From Paramecium tetraurelia (lineage: Eukaryota), in the NCBI GenBank assembly GCA_000165425.1, contig CT868429.1:750191-770190 (forward strand): 20,000 nt of DNA. The letters run 5' to 3'. The notes beneath the pieces were generated by a model. It was not told where the DNA came from. It made no database searches and saw only the letters and a program-made list of their open reading frames with translations. Made by a program: the position numbers and the translations under genes. Position 1 is the stretch's first letter, and each line of letters begins with the position of its first letter. Shown here in pieces: positions 12,301 to 20,000 of the stretch.

Positions 12301-15300
12301 GTTGCACCTGCTAATGTCAATTTGATTCAGAACGTCAACTTCCCAGAAGACATTGAAGGATTGTGGACATACGTTTATTACTCATACAGTGCTGATGAAA
12401 ATAAGGCTGTTGCATTTATCAAGTATGGTGATGCAGATGTTCAATCGATCACTCACAAGACTACACATCCAGCTGTGAAATTCTTGAAATTCATCTTAGG
12501 AGGAAATGACAACAAGAGATATCCAGGATTTAATGGTTAATTCAGAACAGTGACATTCTCAACACAATCTGGTGCCTATGTTGATAAGATGGATACAATC
12601 AATGATTATGTGAGAACAAATCCAAGTCCATCAACATTAATTCCATTATAATCAAATCAAATCATCAAGGATCCAGTCTCAAGATAAGCTGGAGATGACT
12701 TAGTACAGAAAAGATTTGGTGGTGACGATAACAAATTCCCATTAGAATATTCATATAGTGGATGGTATAAATGGATAGATGGACCTAATCTTAATGCTTG
12801 GTATAACTTGTTCAGAGTAACAATCAAAGATCCATCAACAGATTAATTCTTAGGAGACAGAACATTGTCAGGATGGATTGGATTTGGTAACTTGCATGTG
12901 CCAACCTACACTTATGCTAACATGAATGGTGCTGGTAATGTTAATCATTGGAAGAACATCGAACACAAGAACAGAATCTTCAAGTGGTTCTTTGTATACT
13001 TTGGATATTCAAAGAAAGACTAATTGGCATATGCATGGGCTCAATGGTCGACAGGAGAGAAGGATTCTTAATCATGGGAGAAATGCAATCATTATTTGAC
13101 TCCAGAATTCTTCGTGTATGTTGGAAGAGATAAGCATTTCTAAGGTTTGAATGGTCAATTGGGAGCAATCAATTTCAATTTGGGACAAGGATCATTCAGA
13201 AAGGGAAATGATTTCACTCACGATGAAGATATTTTCGGATACAATGCAGCATTCACAAAGAAATAACAAGCCTAATTCGATTTGGATAGCAGAGTTGCTA
13301 AGGTGTTGACATCTAGTGTTGATTAGAAGGATCCAACATTCACAAAGAATTTCAATGGTGATGAAGTAGACAATGTTAGTGAATATGGTTATGGATTTTG
13401 GTTGAGACACTTGAACATGTACCCAATTCCAACGAATAGAGGTGTTTAAGTTGATTGGACATTTGTGGCTAGATTGAGTAAGAATGAGAAATTGGCAGAT
13501 ATTGGTTTGGGTGATAGAGTGTTGGCAATTTGGTAAGGAAGAGGATACTATCACTTCACTACATACAATGGTGGAAATCCAAATAACATTAACAATGTCA
13601 ATTTCCCATAATTATTGGATGGTCTGTGGACATTCATCTACTATTCTCACAATTTGGATAAGAAACAATCAATTTCATTTGTCAAATTTGGAGATGCTGA
13701 CATTATCAAGAATGTTATTGCAGCTGAACACTTACCACCCTTGTTATTGAAATTCTATTTAGGAGGACAAAACTTGGTTTACAAAGGATTTAATGGTCAA
13801 TTCTCAGATGTGATTGTGTCAGCTAACAAAGGTGTTTTCGTTGAGAATATCGATGATATTAAGGCATTATTAGAGAAAGTAAAATAACCAGCTACCTATG
13901 TTCTTGATGTCAAGACTAAAAAGGTCATTGAAAAGGAAGCCATATTTAATGACAAGACAGAATAGAAGGAAATTGTTTATGATGATTTGGCTTTGGCTCC
14001 AGAATACTCTTGGAGTGGTTGGTTCAAATGGACATTCATTCCAAATCAATAAGCATGGCATCTAGGTGTTCGTTTGAGTATTTTGTAAGCAAGTGAAAAT
14101 CTGTCATTCTTGGGTGATAGATCATTGTGTATGTGGGTTGGATAACCAGAAGGAGGTATCTTACACTTTGCTACTTACAACTACTAGAACATTTATGGAG
14201 GTGGTAATGTTAATTCATGGTAGAATGTCAAACATAACGATGATCATGCAAGATGGCATTTTGTTTATTTCGGATACTCCAGAAATTCAAGATAGGCTTA
14301 TGCAAGAGTTGAATTTAGAGGAAGAGTAGAAGAAAGACCATACAAAGATCACAATCATTTCATTGCTAATGCCTATTCATTCTATGTTGCTAAAGATAAA
14401 TGGCATGCTGCATATAGTGGTGTCATTTCAACTTTGAGATTCAATGTTGGTGATGGTGTATTCAGAACTGCTGAATATGAGAAGGCTACAGATGACATTC
14501 ATGGATATGATTCAGGAAGAGCATTGTACTTCAAGGCACTACCAAAAGTAGATTTAGAGAAAGATTTGAGAAAGGGTGGTTTGGATTCACCACAAAATGG
14601 CAAGGAACCATTGATCACAAGAAAATTGTCAGGAGCAGAACTTGAAGACAATGTTGAATTTGGTTATGGTTTCTGGTTGAGATTCCTTACTCAATATCCA
14701 ATTGCTTTGAAACAAGGATTGTAACCACCCTGGTCATTTATTGCCAGAGTCACTAGAAATCAAGATTTGGGAGATGCCAGATTGGGAGATAGATTATTGG
14801 CTAATTGGTTCAATAGTGCCAACTATTATCACTATTGCACTAATGATGGAGGAAATGTTAATTCAGTTCAAAATATCCAAACTGGTTAAGATATAGAAGG
14901 TGTCTGGACATACTTGTTCTTTGCACATAGTGATAATGTCGATTAATCAGTTGGTTTCTTGAAGATTGGAGATAAATTGTAGAAGATTGTAACCTAATCC
15001 GTGATTCCAGTTCCACAATTCTTACAATTCTACTTAGCAGGATCATAACTCAATTATCCAGCATTTAATGGTCAATTTGCTCATGTAGTATTCTCTGCTG
15101 GAGAAGGAATTTTCAAGAAGGATGAGGCCCAATTCAATGCATGGTTAGAGTAGTTTGAAAAACCTGCATAATTCAATACCAATTTGGTTACTAAGCATGT
15201 AATTGATGATCCAAAGGAATTCAAATAAGATACCCCATCAGATGAGATTGTATATGAAGACTTAGCTCTTGTTGGAGAGTATTCTTGGTCAGGATGGTTC

Positions 15301-18300
15301 AAATGGACTCCAACAGTGTAATAACCATGGCATTTGATGGTCAGATTCTCAATCCACTAGGCTTCAGAAAACATATAATTCTTGGGAGATAGAACACTCA
15401 ATGCTTGGGTCGGATAAGGATATTTCCATTTCACAGCATACACTTATGTTAATCTTAATGGAGGTGGAAATGTAAATCAGTGGTAGAATATCAATTATGA
15501 GACAGATCATACAAAATGGCATTTCATCTACTTTGGATATTCAAAGGTTCAATAATTGGCCTAAGCTAAAGTTGAATTCAAGAATAGAGTTGCAGAATTA
15601 ACCTACAAAAATACAAATCATTATTTACCAAATAAGATTTCAGTTTATGTTGCAAGAGACAAGTGGCATGCAGTCTACAGTGGTAATATCGGTCATTTAA
15701 GAGTCAATGGAGGAAATGGTGCATTCAATCCAACAGGTTATGGTGAGGCTAAAGATGATGTCTTCGGATATTAGATTGGAAAGGATGCATTTACAGAGAA
15801 AGAAGCACCAGTAGATGCATTGAGAGAGTAAGAAATATTAGATTCTGCATTTAATCAAGAGAAGCCAGTCCTTTAAAAAGAATTCAAGGGTGACGACTTA
15901 GCAGGAGTATCAGAATATGGTTATGGATTCTATTTCAGACATTTGGAATAATATCCAGTTTAAATGAGAGATGGTAGATTGGCACCATATTACATCATGT
16001 CAAGATTATCTTGGAATAAGGACGAAGGAGATATCAGAATGGGAGATAGATTATTGGCAGTCTGGTAGGAATAAGCAGCAATATTGTTCATTACCAATGA
16101 TTTACCAGGAAATCCAAATCTATTGTCTAGAATACCAGTACCAGAAAGAGAAGGAGTTTGGACATTCTTATACTTCAGTTATTCATTGGAAGATTAATTG
16201 GCTGTTGGTATATTGAAGTTTGATGGTATTGATGAAGTATTCCACACTTCAATGAAATGTAACCATGGTAAAAGAAGTTATTTGAGATTCACTTTGGGAT
16301 CTGCACCTCCTCATTTCTATCCAAGATTTAATGGTCAAATTGCCAACTATGCTATCAAATTCGGCAAAACTGGATTTGTTAGAAATTATGATGCCTTAAA
16401 GAAATATTTGGATAACAGAATACCACACCCAGGATAGGAAGATAAAGCATTGAAGACATTGAAACATTTAGAAGAAGAGAAGAACTATAAGGGAGATAGT
16501 CAAGAAGAGCTTGTAGTTGAAGTTCCCAATGATTTGACTAAGTTTGCAACTGAATATTCAGTGTCAGGATGGTTGAGATGGGATCAACCACCTATTGGAG
16601 CACCTTGGTTCAATGTATTCAGATTGAGTTTATACTCTACAGAAACAAATGCTGAAGGAAGATTTGGTGACAGAGACTTATCCTTGTTCAAACATGCTAC
16701 TTACTATCATTTCTAAACCTATAATTATCAACCAGGATTGCCATGGATTTATGGATTCGATATCCCACATGAAGACTAACATACTCAATGGCATTTCTTC
16801 TATACTGGTTACTCAAGAGAAAAGAGACAAATCTATTATTTTATTTCATTCTTAGAAGCAGAGGCTGACAAATTATTTGAAAAGCAAACACATCTTGTTG
16901 TCAACAAACACTACTTCTCATATGGTAAAGACTTCAAGAAGTTCTATGCAAGTCACAGAGGAGTTACTGGTATTAGTAATCTTGTCAACATCAATTATGG
17001 TAATGGAGCATATACAACTAAGCCATTCTTAATCAAAGATGGAGAGGACAAACCTGATGCATTTAATTTCAACAAAGGAAGAGACCTCTATACTCCTAAA
17101 TTCCCAATGAAAGAATTCACTTCTGACAAGACTAAACTATTGGAATGCATCTTTGATAAGGCTGAACCAAATGTTCTCTTGAAGATCGAAGATTCCAAAG
17201 ATGTGCCCACTAGAGGATTATAAGAATATGGATGGTCCACTTGGTTAAGATGGTCTAGAACTGGACCTAAATCTATGCCTTGGAGAATCGTTTGGCATAA
17301 CATTGCTAGATTGACAAGTAAAAGAAACCATGGAGATTTAACACAACAAGGAGATAGATTATTGGCTGCATGGTTGTTCACCAACTCATATTACTTCTCT
17401 CATTCACCAAAAGGAGTTGGAGAATAAGTTCAACATATCCCATGGAAGATCATTGATGGAGAATGGAACTTCATTTCCATCTCATATAAGAAAGGGGAAG
17501 TTAAGGCTTATGTCTTCTAGAAGGGAGAAATCTCAGATTTCACATGGAAAGCTAAACATGACTTAGTTGGAGACTATTTAGAATTCATCTCAGGAAAAGA
17601 ATTTGGATACAACTTCTTCAATGGATATATGTGGGGATTGTCATTGAAATTAGGTGATGGAGCTCACTTCGCTGATTAAGATGCTGTCAAGGCTTATGTC
17701 ACTGGAGCAATGAAATTACCAGACGAATTCAAATTTGATTAGACGAGAAAGACTCTTCCAATCAAGAAGGAGAAGGCTAAGATTGAGGCCACAGCTGAAC
17801 CAGAAATTATCAAAATCGAACCAAAGGATGCTAATGGAAAAGTTGAGTATGCAATCTCAGGATGGGCTAAATGGACTGATATTCCAAATATTGGACCATG
17901 GCATCTTGTCTACAGAGTCACTTGTTGGGATAAAGATCTTGTCGGCAACATGGATAAGCCAGGAGATAGAACTATGTCTATGTGGAAGGGATTAGGATTC
18001 TACCATCAGACTGTATACACTGTTGATTAAGTCAATGGTGGTGCTTGGTCTATCCCTCAAAACATCGATTACAAGGGTACCTTACATAAGACTTGGGTGT
18101 TTATCTATTAAGGTTATTCAAGAGAAAAGTAAAAGGCTCACGGATTCATCAAGTTCCCAGATTCAGAAGAACACAGAGATTTCCCTAACATTAATTAATT
18201 CGTGCCCACTTACTTCACTGTCTTATGGCATAAGGATTAATGGCATCCAGGATTCAGTGGATAAATGGAAAATTGGTACTTCAATGTAGGAACAGGATCT

Positions 18301-20000
18301 TACAGAGAGACAGGTTATGATGATGGCGAAACTGAACTATTGACATTCGGATTCGGAGGAAGAACTGTTGCTGAATTGAAACCATGGAAGGCTGATGATA
18401 TCTTTGATTAAGCTTGGGGACCAGATTAGAAGGTTGGAAAGGAAGTCGAAATGACTGATGACTCTATCAATGGAGTTACTGAATATGGTTATGGATTCTG
18501 GTCAAGATTCCTATGGAATGGACCAAGTAAATTAGTTGATAAACCTGCTTGGATGGCGTTGTCTAGATTCACAATCAACCAAAACTACTAAGGAGATGCT
18601 GCATAATAAGGAGATAGAACTCTTGCCATTTGGGTTGGTCAACCATTCTATCATTTCACTACCTACACTCCAGGAAACAATAATGTTGTTTAGAATATTC
18701 AATATGGATAAATGTTGGATGGATAATGGAATTATATTTGGTATGGATACAAGAGATTTGATAAGACTGGTAAGGTGTAAGGACACATAGTGTTTAATGG
18801 TGACTAAGTCAGATCAACTCAATTCCCAGTTGTTACTCACTAGATCCAATTACTGATTATGCTTACTTTGCAGTTGGATCATCAGGTACCAAATTGCTTA
18901 AGAATTATCATGCTTTCAATGGACAATTAGGAGCAGTCAGTTTGATACTTGGAAATGGTGGATACATTGAATCAGCTGATGATTTGAAGAAGAGTATGCC
19001 AGGAATACCCAAAGTTCCAGAATTGAATTCAATTAAGAAGACAGTTTTCGAAGACATTCAAACAATGAAGAGAGAAGAAGCCACCATGAAACCTTATGAA
19101 TATGCAGATGAATTTGCAGGACAATAAGAATATGCTGTCTCATTATGGTTCAGATGGAGTACCATCGGAAGAGTTGCTTGGGAGAATGTCTACACATTGT
19201 CATATCATGATTAAGCATCAAGAGCAAACCATGTCAGACCAGGAGACAGAGTGTTGTCAGTGTTCCAATATGTTGATCACAGAATCTTCTTCAGTACTTA
19301 CACTACTCCTGAAAATCACGATGCCTTTGCTTAAATCTTCACTGAAGCCCCAGTACCAACTCTTGATCAAACTGCTTGGGTTTATGTTTATTATGCATAC
19401 AGCAGAAAGGCATAATCAGTGGTGCATTTCATGAAGACAAGAACTACAGAAAATGAGAAGAAATTAGGATGCATGCACAGAGTTCCTAAATATTTAGGAT
19501 TATGGGCTGGTAAAGATGGTATTCACACACCTTACAATGGTAAATATGCCCATATGTACCTATATGCTGGACCAGGATCATACAGAGAGAAGGATTACTT
19601 ATCATATGAACCATATATTGCTGGTGCTCTTGGAATTCAAGCTAAACCATGGAAATGGAATGAGAAGAAGGACCAATTTGATATTGCTGATAAATAAGAA
19701 ATTGTTCTAGATGCCAATGCAATTGATGGACATTCAGCATATGCTATCGGAGTTTGGTTGAGATACTTGACTGCAATTCCAAAGAGAATTTTGGAGAAAT
19801 AAGCAAGAATGTCAGTTTATAGATTCACTTAGAATTAATAATTGGAAGATAGTGCCAAAGTAGGAGATAGAACCTTAGGATTGTGGTTGACTGCTGGACA
19901 ATATGGATTCAGAACATACAATTTGGCTAACAACAATCCAAATCTATCCCAAGATATTAATTATGATGATAAGTTGGAAGGAGAATGGAACTTTGTATAC
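2..20000 (+). CDS. Giant (>6,600 aa within window, incomplete at both ends) ciliate protein built of tandem LamG/ConA-like paired domains; genetic code 6; one intron (302-327) and four apparent frameshifts
   Basis: With TAA/TAG read as Gln, the frame path is 2-301 (frame 2), intron 302-327, 328-2652 (frame 1), 2654-4939 (frame 2), 4941-8144 (frame 3), 8146-18840 (frame 1), 18843-20000 (frame 3). The + ORF-track fragments that carry the repeat motifs lie in these frames and, where checked, end at TAA/TAG. CAA and TAA alternate at aligned positions of the repeats, e.g. WQGQG as tgg taa gga caa gga (3371, 10978) vs tgg taa gga taa gga (4631). I found no in-frame TGA in the parts translated by hand. 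The fold call is inferred from motifs only. Confidence 0.9.
33..56 (+). other. Possible 24-nt in-frame intron (gtacacataatcacaatattttag)
   Basis: GTA...TTTTAG ends, low G content and Paramecium-like length. It is 3n and stop-free, so the frame is open whether or not it is spliced; the sequence alone cannot decide. Confidence 0.45.
302..327 (+). other. Spliceosomal intron, 26 nt (gtaatttatttaagtaatccatctag)
   Basis: GTA...TAG ends, AT-rich, length within the Paramecium 20-34 nt range, phase 0. Removal joins frame 2 (...CCA TCA) to frame 1 (ATA ACA ATC AAC...), which continues into the repeat array. Confidence 0.88.
328..2652 (+). CDS. Coding segment 2 (frame 1): linker, repeat unit 1, unit 2 domain A and start of domain B
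   Basis: Translated by hand in code 6 without TGA. Includes track ORFs 496..828 and 853..1236. Ends at the +1 indel in AAAA 2650-2653. Confidence 0.88.
445..630 (+). other. Acidic low-complexity linker preceding the repeat array
   Basis: Frame 1 translation GDGSAPESEEEPVSASALVSSSDSEDDEDTVNKKQPSDYTNDKPIRTAEVDNEEEEGTEDLV is rich in D/E/S. Confidence 0.7.
2654..4939 (+). CDS. Coding segment 3 (frame 2): unit 2 domain B to unit 4 domain A
   Basis: Open in code 6. Includes track ORFs starting at 2753, 3185, 3431, 3674 and 4361, all in the same frame. Confidence 0.88.
4941..8144 (+). CDS. Coding segment 4 (frame 3): unit 4 domain B to unit 6
   Basis: Repeat motifs at 5109, 5751, 6384, 7020 and 7653 and track ORFs at 5436 and 7755 are all in frame 3. 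Confidence 0.86.
8146..18840 (+). CDS. Coding segment 5 (frame 1): ~3,565 codons, unit 7 to unit 15 domain A
   Basis: All A/B motif starts from 8293 to 18481 and track ORFs at 10261, 10705, 11566, 11791, 12322, 13615, 14434, 16198 and 16450 are in frame 1. Unit spacings in this stretch are all multiples of 3. Confidence 0.9.
18843..20000 (+). CDS. Coding segment 6 (frame 3): end of unit 15 and partial unit 16; runs off window
   Basis: DPITDYAYFAVGSSGTKLLKNYHAFNGQLG... through EYAVSLWFRW (19128) and AYAIGVWLRY (19737) to EGEWNFVY at the window end. Includes track ORFs at 18894 and 19419. Confidence 0.86.

Larger units (their letters stand above)
631..20000 (+). repeat. Coding tandem array: 15 full + 1 partial ~1.27-kb (~420 aa) units, each an A+B domain pair
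   Basis: The A motif (E)YGYGFW or a variant starts at 631, 1933, 3221, 4481, 5751, 7020, 8293, 9565, 10828, 12112, 13381, 14656, 15913, 17224, 18481 and 19737 (spacings 1256-1311 nt). The B motif EYxxSGWxKW or a variant starts at 1273, 2569, 3848, 5109, 6384, 7653, 8929, 10186, 11464, 12745, 14002, 15277, 16552, 17845 and 19128. Both domain types contain GDRxLxxW and (Y/F)PGFNG-like motifs. Confidence 0.95.

Noticed and set aside
1591..18786. Minus-strand ORFs (e.g. 2645-3049, 13192-13554), some resembling each other
   Set aside because: They are antisense shadows of the biased + strand codons. Their mutual similarity (LNPGxCLSFPT) simply mirrors the + strand repeat.
18790..18812. 23-nt GTG...CAG intron that would arithmetically fix frameshift 4
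   Set aside because: The ends are atypical (the clear intron here is GTA...TAG), and splicing would destroy the repeat-like VVTH segment. It cannot be strictly excluded without RNA-seq.
2662..18945. TGA readthrough or selenocysteine at the four TGAs that follow the breaks
   Set aside because: Repeat homology continues in a different frame before each TGA, so readthrough would not restore the protein.
496..19710. ORF-track + strand ORFs as many separate small genes
   Set aside because: The motif-bearing ones are pieces of one frame cut at TAA/TAG (Gln). The others are off-frame shadows with no conserved motifs.
631..20000. CRISPR array, satellite or DGR-like template/variable repeats
   Set aside because: The recurring short DNA motifs (gaatatggttatgga, ggagatagaac) vary at synonymous positions and sit in a 1.27-kb protein repeat. 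I saw no spacers, cas genes or reverse transcriptase.
2..20000. Paramecium variable surface antigen (immobilisation antigen family)
   Set aside because: Those proteins have Cys-periodic, Thr/Ala-rich repeats of about 70 aa. This protein is Cys-poor and aromatic-rich, with units of about 420 aa.
2..20000. Bacterial or phage stop-codon recoding (code 15 or code 4/25)
   Set aside because: Both TAA and TAG are read through, TGA is not used in frame, and a spliceosomal intron is present.

Overview
The whole window is an internal piece of one giant + strand protein-coding gene from a ciliate that uses genetic code 6 (TAA/TAG = Gln, TGA = stop). It is most likely Paramecium, judging by a 26-nt GTA...TAG intron at 302-327 and AGA/GGA-dominated codon use. 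The standard-code ORF track therefore only shows fragments. Read in code 6, the gene runs off both ends and encodes about 6,650 aa here. A short helical, non-repetitive region and an acidic linker come first. They are followed by 15 complete tandem units of about 1.27 kb (about 420 aa) and a partial 16th. Each unit is a pair of mutually homologous, Trp/Tyr/Phe-rich beta-type domains (A: EYGYGFW...; B: EYxISGWFKW...) whose motif pattern resembles the LamG/concanavalin-A-like fold, giving about 31 such domains. The frame is broken at four small indels (about 2650, 4940, 8145 and 18842). These are most likely sequencing or assembly errors, although recent pseudogenisation cannot be excluded. I saw no RNA genes, mobile elements or CRISPR arrays.
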